Positions 37,437 through 45,910 of a stretch of DNA of 62,323 bases are shown piece after piece (positions within the stretch are counted from its first letter, which is position 1; every line of letters starts with the position of its first letter). This stretch comes from an uncultured bacterium (lineage in GTDB: Bacteria; Patescibacteriota; Andersenbacteria; UBA10190; CAIZMI01). The stretch is taken from contig CAIZMI010000022.1 of NCBI GenBank assembly GCA_903934015.1, positions 1 through 62,323 on the forward strand. Direction: 5' to 3'. The translations under genes and the position numbers were made by a program. The notes under the pieces are model-generated. The model worked only from the letters and a program-made list of their open reading frames with translations, did no database searches and was not told the origin of the DNA.

Positions 37437-37465
37437 ACTATACACCCATCAGGCGAAATTGTCAA
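37437..37465 (-). promoter_or_regulatory. Sigma70-like promoter (TTGACA-17 nt-TATAGT) driving the 40-aa gene
   Basis: The rc of 37460-37465 is TTGACA and the rc of 37437-37442 is TATAGT. The spacer is exactly 17 nt. Confidence 0.6.
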
Positions 37466-37485
37466 GCCCTTTAAGCACGTATGCA

Positions 37486-37659
37486 CTCACAGGTTAAGGA
37501 TTCTTCGTAGAGATCACGTCGGAGGTGGTGCATGCTTGCACTTCCTCCGACGTGGACGACGGTTCGCGTCGACGTAAACCTTCCACCACTCCCGAAGAAG
37601 TGCCTCGGCACCACTTCGGGAGTGAACGCGACGATTTGTTTCTTTCCTTAACCTGTGAG
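37486..37659. other. GC-rich 174-nt multi-hairpin element closed by a perfect 15-bp helix (candidate structured RNA or MITE-like insertion)
   Basis: ctcacaggttaagga (37486-37500) pairs with tccttaacctgtgag (37645-37659). There are two internal 11-bp perfect hairpins (37515-37554 and 37587-37624), each with an extra 5-bp distal helix. Confidence 0.5.
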
Positions 37660-37691
37660 CGGTTACTTCCCCGTATACATCCACTTGATGA

Positions 37692-39074
37692 ATGTTGTAC
37701 GGGGTGTACGTAAAATTTGTTTTCGTTTATAATTTTTTTGTGACGACTAAGACTAAATCACTGCTCGGGGTATTGGGGATTGTTTTGCTGACAGTTTTGG
37801 CTGTTTTGATCATTATTCCCAATGGTCGTATTCCGGTTATTAATAAGATTTTTAATAAGAGTTTTCGACTTGGTTTGGATTTGCAGGGTGGAACTCAGCT
37901 TGTTTATCATGCCGATTTAGAATCAATCAAATCCGACAACAAAACCGCTTCATTGCAAGGGGTGCGTGATGTTATTGAACGCAGGGTAAATGCTTTTGGT
38001 GTTTCGGAACCGCGCGTGCAAATTACCGGTGGTATTTCGGAAGCACGTATTGTGGTGGAATTAGCCGGTATAAAAAATCCGGATGATGCGATTAAACTGA
38101 TCGGTGAAACACCAATTTTGGATTTTCGAGAAGAAGGAAAAATTAACGCCGAGAATATTAAAACAGAAAATGGGGCGTTGCCTGTTGTGTGGAAGCAGAC
38201 GGAATTAACGGGTAGGAACTTAACTAACGCGGCGGTGGAATTTAATCAAAACTCAAACGCACCGGAGATTTCATTGCAATTTGACAGTCAGGGCGCAAAA
38301 TTATTTGAGGATATTACGGGACGCAACGTAGGCAAGCGGGTCGGAATTTTTCTTGACGGCTCAGTGTTAACAGCACCGACGGTTCAATCAAAAATTTCTG
38401 ATGGCCGAGCCGTTATTACCGGCAGCTACAAGCTTGAAGAAGCAAAACAATTAGCTACTCGCTTAAACGCCGGTGCTTTGCCGGTAGCAATTACGCTTAT
38501 TAATCGCACATCCGTTGGTCCAACCTTGGGGCGTGATTCACTTGGTCGCAGTATGGTGGCCGGCGTGATCGGGCTTTTGACAATGATCATTTATATGCTT
38601 GTTTTGTATCGCTACCCGGGGTTTCTTGCCGCCTACGCATTGGTATTATACGCATTACTTAATCTTGCTGTGTATAAAATTATGGGGGTCACGATGACCT
38701 TGGCTGGTATCGCCGGATTTATTTTGTCGATTGGGATGGCCGTGGACGCGAATGTTCTAATTTTCGAACGTCTTAAAGAAGAATTGCGCAATGGACGGCA
38801 ATTAATTCCCGGCGTAACGGGTGCATTTACGGAGGCCTGGGCTTCGATTCGCGATTCGAACGTGTCTAGCCTTATTACCTGCGCGCTTTTGTATCTGCTT
38901 GGGTCCAGTATCGTTAAAGGTTTCGCATTAACGCTCGCGGTTGGTATTATTATTAGTATGTTTTCGGCGATTTCTGTTACGCGAACACTTTTAATGGCTT
39001 CTTCAAATTTGAAATTGTTTCGTAGTAAGAAAATTTATGCCGATGGATTAATAACAGAGGGTAAGAAGGTATGA
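37692..39074 (+). CDS. secD: Protein translocase subunit SecD
   Basis: GLDLQGG and DANVLIFERLKEE motifs plus a C-terminal TM bundle. The start is uncertain: ATG 37692 sits in a hairpin, and the in-frame GTG 37740 (VTTKTKSLLG) gives a more typical N-terminus. Confidence 0.9.
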   Translation: MLYGVYVKFVFVYNFFVTTKTKSLLGVLGIVLLTVLAVLIIIPNGRIPVINKIFNKSFRLGLDLQGGTQLVYHADLESIKSDNKTASLQGVRDVIERRVNAFGVSEPRVQITGGISEARIVVELAGIKNPDDAIKLIGETPILDFREEGKINAENIKTENGALPVVWKQTELTGRNLTNAAVEFNQNSNAPEISLQFDSQGAKLFEDITGRNVGKRVGIFLDGSVLTAPTVQSKISDGRAVITGSYKLEEAKQLATRLNAGALPVAITLINRTSVGPTLGRDSLGRSMVAGVIGLLTMIIYMLVLYRYPGFLAAYALVLYALLNLAVYKIMGVTMTLAGIAGFILSIGMAVDANVLIFERLKEELRNGRQLIPGVTGAFTEAWASIRDSNVSSLITCALLYLLGSSIVKGFALTLAVGIIISMFSAISVTRTLLMASSNLKLFRSKKIYADGLITEGKKV

Positions 39075-39976
39075 TTTTAAAGTTTCTAAGCATTTCTAAA
39101 ACGGCAAAATATTGGTTTAGTTTTTCCATAATTTTGATGGTGTTGAGTTTTGTGGCATTGGGCGTTTGGGGATTGCGTCCCGGGATTGATTTTGTCGGTG
39201 GCAGTATTATGGAAGTGCGCGGTCAAAACGCAACAGTTGCGTCAGTCAGGGCATTACTGGAAAAGAATGATCAAAAAAGCATCGAGGTACAGTCTACCGG
39301 TAACAATAGTATTCAGGTGAGGATGCAACAATTGGATAACGATCAGCACACGAAATTATTGGCGGTTTTGAAGGATGCGTTCCCGGGGTTAGAAGAATTG
39401 CGGTTTGATAGCGTTGGTCCAATTTTCAGCAAAGACTTGGTATTTAAATCCATCTTGGCCATTGTGCTGTCGTCGTTGGGAATTCTTATCTATCTCGCGT
39501 TTGTATTTAATAAATCCAGCGCGGTTGTTTCTTCCTGGGCATTTGGCATTTTTGCCGTAGTCGCTCTTGTTCACGATGTGGTGATTATTGCCGGTTTTTT
39601 CGCGGTTTACGCTCATTACTTCAGCGCCTCCGCTGATTCATTGTTTGTTTCCGCTATTTTGACCGTGATTGGTTTTTCCGTTCACGACACAATCGTTATT
39701 TATAACAGGGTAAAATCAAATTTAAGAATTTTACGGTTACCGTTTGGAGAATTGGTAGACTTGAGCGTATTGGAAACATTTACGCGTTCCGTGAATACTT
39801 CCGTCACAACTTTATTGGTGTTGTTATCTTTATTGTTTTTCGGAGGCAGTACGATTCGGCCGTTTGTCGCGACACTTTGTTTTGGTATTATTTTGGGGTC
39901 TTATTCATCGGTTTTTGTGGCCGCTCCACTTTTGGTTTGGTGGCAAGAGCGTAATCATCCGATAAAGAAAAAATAA
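39071..39976 (+). CDS. secF: Protein translocase subunit SecF
   Basis: GIDFVGG and HDTIVIYNRV motifs. ATGA overlap with secD. Confidence 0.9.
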   Translation: MILKFLSISKTAKYWFSFSIILMVLSFVALGVWGLRPGIDFVGGSIMEVRGQNATVASVRALLEKNDQKSIEVQSTGNNSIQVRMQQLDNDQHTKLLAVLKDAFPGLEELRFDSVGPIFSKDLVFKSILAIVLSSLGILIYLAFVFNKSSAVVSSWAFGIFAVVALVHDVVIIAGFFAVYAHYFSASADSLFVSAILTVIGFSVHDTIVIYNRVKSNLRILRLPFGELVDLSVLETFTRSVNTSVTTLLVLLSLLFFGGSTIRPFVATLCFGIILGSYSSVFVAAPLLVWWQERNHPIKKK

Positions 39977-39977
39977 T

Positions 39978-40952
39978 TTGGAAAATAGGATTATTGGCAA
40001 TACCGCTCTCGTCAGTTTTCTTAATAAACTTGTAGACGCCGACAAAATGCCAACGGCCGTACTTTTGGCCGGGCCGGCAATGGTTGGTAAGGCAACAATC
40101 CTTGAAAGCATCGCGAAAAGAATTATTTGCACAGAAAGGACTGTTTGCGGGAAATGCGCTGGCTGTTTGGTTGGCGTAGGTAATCATCCGGACGTGTTAC
40201 GACTTGGACCATCCGAGGAAGAGTCGTTGCGAAAGGGAATAAGTAATCTGTTGAAACGCATTTACCAAAAGCCGGTGCTTGGAAATAAATTAATAGTATT
40301 TTTGGAAAATATCGATGAATTTCATTGGGCATCATCACCACTATTGTTAAAAGTGTTGGAAGACGCGCCAACTTTCGTCATATTCTTTTTGACCGCGGAA
40401 AATTTGGATGCGGTGCTTCCAACGATTCGGTCTCGATCAATGGTGCGCCTCGTTAGTCCGATTGATCAAAAAACATTTAAAGAAGAGCTTTCTCAGCGGT
40501 TCGCTGTAGGGGAAATGCATGAATTGCCCCAAGCAGGAGAGGTTTCGCCGAGTTCTCAAACCGGCGTCAATGGTGTAGATTTAATAGACCAGATAGTTTC
40601 TTTGGCCGGTGGTCGGCCCGGTCTGGCGCTAAGGCTTTTTGGAGATAGTGAGTTGCGAGAAAAATATAAATCTTGGCGCGCTAACTTATCAAATATGTCC
40701 GACAAAACTATTGGCGAAAGATCGCAATTCGCGGAAACGATTGAAAAGGCCGGAGACGGAAAAGAAGTAATTAATTTATTACAAAGCTTGTTGAGAGATC
40801 GAGTGGCTGAAGTTGCCATGACGGAAAAAGAGCACATCGCAAATTCAAAGAATTTCTTTGGAACCATTAGGCGCAGTCGTGAGGCAACAGCGATGTTTAA
40901 GGCAAATATTCCACAAAGATTAGTTCTTGAGTATGTATTCTTTAATCAATAA
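39978..40952 (+). CDS. holB: DNA polymerase III delta-prime subunit (clamp-loader AAA+)
   Basis: LLAGPAMVGKAT P-loop-like segment, CGKCAGC zinc module, SRS motif (TIRSRS). TTG start. Confidence 0.75.
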   Translation: MENRIIGNTALVSFLNKLVDADKMPTAVLLAGPAMVGKATILESIAKRIICTERTVCGKCAGCLVGVGNHPDVLRLGPSEEESLRKGISNLLKRIYQKPVLGNKLIVFLENIDEFHWASSPLLLKVLEDAPTFVIFFLTAENLDAVLPTIRSRSMVRLVSPIDQKTFKEELSQRFAVGEMHELPQAGEVSPSSQTGVNGVDLIDQIVSLAGGRPGLALRLFGDSELREKYKSWRANLSNMSDKTIGERSQFAETIEKAGDGKEVINLLQSLLRDRVAEVAMTEKEHIANSKNFFGTIRRSREATAMFKANIPQRLVLEYVFFNQ

Positions 40953-40960
40953 TAGAAATT

Positions 40961-41509
40961 ATGAAAAACATTAAATTGTCTCCCAATTTTGAACCGGCGG
41001 TAAGCCATTTGGTGGAACAGTTGCGTGGTATTCGAACCGGGCGCGCATCTACCGGACTGGTGGAAGGTGTTACCGTTGACTACTATGGAACGCAAACCAG
41101 GTTAAAAGACATCGCGTCAATTACTACGCCCGGTGCCCAACTTATTCAAATAGAACCTTGGGATAAAAATGCCGTAAGTAATGTCGTGAAAGCGATTGAA
41201 ATTTCATCATTGGGCTTGAACCCAACTGTTGCCGGATCAATAATCCGTCTTAATTTGCCACAATTAACCGAAGAACGTCGTAAGGAATTAGTTAAGGTGG
41301 TTGGCAAATACGTGGAGGAAGCAAAAATTGCCGTTCGCAACGTGCGTGAAAAACTTTTGCGTGAAATTAAAAATCAGTTAGATGCCAAGGAACTTTCCGA
41401 AGATGAGCATCGAGGCGAAAAAGAAACGATTCAAAAAGAGGTAAATGATGCTTTGCAAGTAATAGATGAAGAAGGTAAAGAAAAAGAAAATGAACTTCTT
41501 ACGGTGTAA
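40961..41509 (+). CDS. frr: Ribosome recycling factor
   Basis: LRGIRTGRAS..., VTVDYYG, typical length of 182 aa and a charged C-terminal helix. Confidence 0.9.
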   Translation: MKNIKLSPNFEPAVSHLVEQLRGIRTGRASTGLVEGVTVDYYGTQTRLKDIASITTPGAQLIQIEPWDKNAVSNVVKAIEISSLGLNPTVAGSIIRLNLPQLTEERRKELVKVVGKYVEEAKIAVRNVREKLLREIKNQLDAKELSEDEHRGEKETIQKEVNDALQVIDEEGKEKENELLTV

Positions 41510-41512
41510 TCA

Positions 41513-42604
41513 ATGTTAACAATTATCATTTTTGTTTTAGTTCTCTTCGTCTTGGTGGTGGCGCATGAGTTTGGTCATGCGATGGCGGCGTGGTTGACAG
41601 GGTGCCGGGTTGAGGAGTTTGGCGTGGGTTTTCCGCCAAAGTTATTCGGAAAAAAAATTGGTGATACATTATTTTCATTAAACGCCGTGCCGTTGGGTGG
41701 TTTTGTGCGGATTACGGGGGAAGATGGGGTAACCGGCGCGGACGGTACTATTAATGTTGATAAAAAATCGTTTGCCAATAAAAATTTTGTTATAAAGTTG
41801 ATTATCTTAGTCGCGGGAGTAACGATGAATCTGTTGCTGGCGGTGTTAATATATACGATTATTGCCGGGGTTGGTTCCAGTATTCCGACTGCGGGTATTC
41901 CGGCGGATGTGCCAATCATGAATAAGCGAGTCGAAATTGTGGCGGTTGAAAACAATGAGCTCCTATCGAAAACAGATATTAAAGTTGGTGACACAATAAG
42001 TAAAGTTAATGGTGAATCGGTGGGCGATTCGTCAACTGTCGCGTTAACCATTAGAAATTTTACCGGCACTGAAATGGCGTTAACCTTAGCAAATCGCCAG
42101 GGGACGCGCGATGTAAAAATTGTTTTTAATGGTCAGCACGAGGTTGGAAAACCGGTCGGTCTTTCATTGCTAGATGTTGGAACCTACAAAGTTGCTTGGT
42201 ATAAGGCGCCTGTTGAAGGGGTTAGAGCAACTACGCGTGTTGTAAAAATGACTGCCGTTGGTATTGGCGGATTATTTAAGGATCTTGTTATTCAAAGACA
42301 CGTTCCATCTGATGTTGCCGGGCCGGTAGGCATTGCTAAAATAGTTGGCCAAGTAGGTAGCCAAGGTTTTCTCCCTTTACTGGAGTTAATGGCAGTCTTA
42401 AGCGTAAATTTGGCGTTGATTAATATTTTGCCATTTCCCGCTTTAGACGGCGGTAGGGCAATGTTCGTGATTCTTGAGGCTTTGGGTATCCGTGTTTTCA
42501 GGGGGAAGATTGAGCAAATGGCCCATTCAATCGGTTTTGCCTTGCTTATTTTGTTGGTTTTGCTTATAACAATTAATGATATTCGACGTATCATCTATCC
42601 ATGA
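41513..42604 (+). CDS. rseP: Site-2 (M50) zinc metalloprotease, RseP-like, with PDZ domain
   Basis: HEFGHAMAA (HExxH), NILPFPALDGGR, and a central PDZ-like segment. Confidence 0.85.
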   Translation: MLTIIIFVLVLFVLVVAHEFGHAMAAWLTGCRVEEFGVGFPPKLFGKKIGDTLFSLNAVPLGGFVRITGEDGVTGADGTINVDKKSFANKNFVIKLIILVAGVTMNLLLAVLIYTIIAGVGSSIPTAGIPADVPIMNKRVEIVAVENNELLSKTDIKVGDTISKVNGESVGDSSTVALTIRNFTGTEMALTLANRQGTRDVKIVFNGQHEVGKPVGLSLLDVGTYKVAWYKAPVEGVRATTRVVKMTAVGIGGLFKDLVIQRHVPSDVAGPVGIAKIVGQVGSQGFLPLLELMAVLSVNLALINILPFPALDGGRAMFVILEALGIRVFRGKIEQMAHSIGFALLILLVLLITINDIRRIIYP

Positions 42605-44343
42605 ATAAAACTAAAATTTCTCAAAAGCAATCAGAATTTTTTTGCAAAACCACAAGGGAAACACCTAAGGATGTTGAGTATGATTCACATGCCTATTTAA
42701 TTAGGGGTGGTTATATTCGCGAGTCGGTCGCCGGGCGTTATTATTTTTTACCGCTTGGTTATAAGGTGCAACAAAAAATCATGGAAGTTGTTCGCGAAGA
42801 AATGAATAATGCCGGCGCGCAAGAAATGTTGGCTCCGATTTTGCATCCGTTGGAATTGTGGAAAGAAACAAACCGCACAAATACGACGGGTTTTGAGCTT
42901 ATGAAAGTTACGGATCGGCGTGGTGGAGAATTCGCACTTGGCGGAACGGCCGAAGAAATGTTTGTCGACTTAGTGCGACAATTTAAATTGAGCTACAAAG
43001 ATTTGCCATTTCAGCTTTATCAGTTCTCGCCAAAGTTTAGGGATGAATTACGCGCTCGCGGTGGGTTATTGCGTGTGCGTGAATTTATTATGAAAGATGG
43101 CTACTCATTTCATCGAAACGAGGAAGATTTTAAGGAAACATATGAAAAAATGAAAAAGGCCTATACGAAAATGTTTAGTCGATTGGGGCTTAAAACGGCG
43201 ATTGTCGAATCCGATAACGGCTATATTGGTGGCGAATATTGTCACGAGTTTATTGTAGAATCGGAAATTGGCGAGAGTAAATATTTCACTACCGAAAATG
43301 GCGATTATTCGGCGCACGAGGACGTTGCAAAATTTATGAAATTTAAGGAAGAAAATACCAATGAACCGGAAAAAGCAAGAGAAGATGTTGAAGGTGTTGG
43401 AATTATCGGCGTTGAGGAATTGGCAAAATTCTTGCAAATTCCGGCCGAAAAGACAACTAAAACAATTCTTTTTGTGACAGAAAAAGGCGAAGTGGTTGCA
43501 GTCGCGATTAATGGTATTTATGACATCAATGAAACGAAACTAAAAAATATTCTTGGTTGCGCGCAATTAAAATTGGCTTCGCCGGAAGTGGTCGAAAAAA
43601 TTACCGGCGCTACGGTTGGCTATGCCGGTATATTGAATCTGCCGAAGGAAGTAAGAGTTGTGATGGACGAATCGCTAAAAGGAAGAAAGAATTTTGAGTG
43701 CGGTGCCAACAAGACAAATTATCACTCGATTAATTTAAATTTTGGTCGCGATATCATTGAACCTGAAAAATATTACGATATTGCTCTCGCAAAGGCCGGC
43801 TATTTGGCGCTTGATGGAAAACAGCCTCTTGTTGAGAAAAAAGGCATCGAAGTCGGAAATATTTTTCAGCTTGGTTATCATTATTCAAAATTAATGAAGG
43901 GCGCGGTTTACACAGACGCGGATGGAAAAGAAAAGCCTTTTTACATGGGTTGTTATGGATTTGGTGTTGGTCGCACGATGGCGACCATTGCCGAGAAATA
44001 TCACGATGTAAAAGGATTGATGTGGCCAAGTATCGTGGCGCCATTCGATGTTCATGTTGTTTCACTAAAAGACAATGATTATGCCGTAAAAGTGGTTGAA
44101 ATGTTGAATGCTGAGGGACTGGAAGTGTTGTTTGATGAACGCGATGGCGCATCTGTCGGAGAAAAATTTGCCGATAGCGAACTGATTGGTATTCCGGTGC
44201 AAGTGATCGTCAGCGAGCGGGGCGCGAAAGAAAACATTGTCGAAATTCGCGAACGGAAAGACTTAAAAAATTCCCAAAAAATAAATCGTGATTTAGGGTT
44301 AATTTTGGCGGAAATTAATAAAATATTAAAGTATAATGATTAA
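42601..44343 (+). CDS. proS: Prolyl-tRNA synthetase (bacterial type with insertion domain)
   Basis: Class II motif 2 FRDELRARGGLLRVREFIMKD, motif 3 region GCYGFGVGR, 580 aa. Confidence 0.9.
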   Translation: MNKTKISQKQSEFFCKTTRETPKDVEYDSHAYLIRGGYIRESVAGRYYFLPLGYKVQQKIMEVVREEMNNAGAQEMLAPILHPLELWKETNRTNTTGFELMKVTDRRGGEFALGGTAEEMFVDLVRQFKLSYKDLPFQLYQFSPKFRDELRARGGLLRVREFIMKDGYSFHRNEEDFKETYEKMKKAYTKMFSRLGLKTAIVESDNGYIGGEYCHEFIVESEIGESKYFTTENGDYSAHEDVAKFMKFKEENTNEPEKAREDVEGVGIIGVEELAKFLQIPAEKTTKTILFVTEKGEVVAVAINGIYDINETKLKNILGCAQLKLASPEVVEKITGATVGYAGILNLPKEVRVVMDESLKGRKNFECGANKTNYHSINLNFGRDIIEPEKYYDIALAKAGYLALDGKQPLVEKKGIEVGNIFQLGYHYSKLMKGAVYTDADGKEKPFYMGCYGFGVGRTMATIAEKYHDVKGLMWPSIVAPFDVHVVSLKDNDYAVKVVEMLNAEGLEVLFDERDGASVGEKFADSELIGIPVQVIVSERGAKENIVEIRERKDLKNSQKINRDLGLILAEINKILKYND

Positions 44344-44344
44344 G

Positions 44345-44433
44345 GTTTCGTTGTCGTTACCCTCCTTTATTAAAGGAGGGCGGGGGTGGATTTCGTCACA
44401 GTTTTCCGTCATTCCTGCAGGGGAGCAGGAATC
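44345..44433. repeat. Repeat mosaic M1 + M2
   Basis: ccctcctttattaaaggaggg hairpin plus tail (M1), then gtcattcctgcaggggagcaggaatc (M2, 8-bp stem attcctgc/gcaggaat). Confidence 0.7.
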
Positions 44434-44475
44434 AGTAGTCACCAATTTATCCAATTCTACATATATTTTTAATTA

Positions 44476-45528
44476 ATGTTTGATCGACTGTTTGGAAAAT
44501 TTTCACAGGATTTAGGAATTGATCTTGGTACGGCCAATACTCTTGTTTATAGTAAGGGAAGAGGGATTGTAATAAATGAACCATCGGTGGTGGCAATGAA
44601 TATCAAAACCAAGCAGATTTTGGCAATTGGTACGGAAGCGAGAAAAATGGTCGGTAAAACGCCCGCCCACATTGTGGCAACGCGTCCGCTTCGCGACGGT
44701 GTTATTTCCGATTTCGAAATCACGGAACACATGTTACGCTATTTTATCGACAAAGTGCATCATGATTCATTTTCATTGGTGCCAAGACCGCGGGTAATTA
44801 TTGGTGTGCCTTCCGGAGTAACCGAGGTAGAAAAACGCGCCGTGGAAGACGCGGCGATGCGCGCCGGCGCGCGCAAGGCATTTCTGATCGAAGAGCCAAT
44901 GGCGGCCGCGATTGGGTCCCGTCTTCCGGTGCAAGATTCGGCTGGAAATTTAATTGTTGATATTGGCGGTGGTACAACCGAGGTTGCGGTTATTTCGCTT
45001 GGGGGTGTGGTTGTTAGTCGTTCCTTGCGTATTGCCGGTGATGAATTGAGCGAAAACGTGATTCAATACGCGCGTGATGAATTTAATTTGCTTTTGGGGG
45101 AACGCACCGCGGAAGAAATAAAGATTGGGATCGGTTCGGCGTGGGAACTTTCAGAACCATTGGAAATGCCAATGCGAGGGCGTGATTTGGTAACGGGACT
45201 TCCTAAAGAGGTAATCGTAAACGACACGCAAATTCGTGAAGCATTAAGTCGATCCGTAAGAACGATTATTAATAGTGTTAAATCGACAGTAGAAGAGACT
45301 CCGCCGGAATTATTAGCGGATATTATGGAGCGGGGAATTGTGTTGTCTGGCGGTGGCGCGCTTTTGCGTGGTTTGGATAAATTAGTTGCTTCAACAACAC
45401 ATATTCCAACACGAGTGGCCGATGATCCGCTTACGGCCGTTGTGCGTGGTACAGGCATTGTTTTGGAAGAATTGGAATCACTGCAAGAAGTCTTGGCCCC
45501 ATCACCGTCCCCCAAGCCGTTGAGATAG
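44476..45528 (+). CDS. mreB: MreB paralog 2
   Basis: LGIDLGTANTLVY, IVDIGGGTTEVAVISLGG, VLSGGGALLRGLDK. Pro/Ser-rich C-terminal tail. Bracketed by repeat mosaics. Confidence 0.9.
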   Translation: MFDRLFGKFSQDLGIDLGTANTLVYSKGRGIVINEPSVVAMNIKTKQILAIGTEARKMVGKTPAHIVATRPLRDGVISDFEITEHMLRYFIDKVHHDSFSLVPRPRVIIGVPSGVTEVEKRAVEDAAMRAGARKAFLIEEPMAAAIGSRLPVQDSAGNLIVDIGGGTTEVAVISLGGVVVSRSLRIAGDELSENVIQYARDEFNLLLGERTAEEIKIGIGSAWELSEPLEMPMRGRDLVTGLPKEVIVNDTQIREALSRSVRTIINSVKSTVEETPPELLADIMERGIVLSGGGALLRGLDKLVASTTHIPTRVADDPLTAVVRGTGIVLEELESLQEVLAPSPSPKPLR

Positions 45529-45532
45529 TTAG

Positions 45533-45891
45533 TTCCTTCCCTTTGTAAGTGGCGCGGCGGATGCCCCGAAAACACTCGGTGAGTGTTTGAGAGGGTGCCT
45601 GCGCCGACATATCAGTGTCGTGCCGGGCGGGGATGGGTTTAGTCAGGATCACGCGCAGAACAGGGGCAGTTATTAGACAAAAAAAAAGCGTCTTTGCGAG
45701 CATCAGCGAAGCAATCTCCGCGTCGTAGCCGTCGCGCCGTATCTTTCCTTACCTAAGAACCTGTCCACAACTTGATTGGCGAGAAGGCGCGGATGGGTTT
45801 TGTCGTCGCCTTCCCCCTTTATTCAAAGGGGGACTAAGGGGGATTTCGTCGTCGTTCGTAGCGTGTTATTCCTGCCCGCGAGCAGGAATCC
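45533..45891. repeat. Repeat mosaic: M3, a 150-bp insert (carrying M5), M1, M2
   Basis: M3 45533-45640, insert 45641-45790 flanked by ggatgggttt direct repeats, M1 45791-45856, M2 45865-45891. M1 and M3 lie contiguous in reverse orientation at 61172-61330. Confidence 0.8.
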
Positions 45892-45910
45892 GTGTAGAGA
45901 TAAAACAACT

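Noticed and set aside
37525-37713. 62-aa ORF across the structured element upstream of secD
   Set aside because: It runs straight through the perfect hairpins and has no SD. Its Arg/Asp/Ser-rich composition is explained by the palindromic GC-rich sequence.
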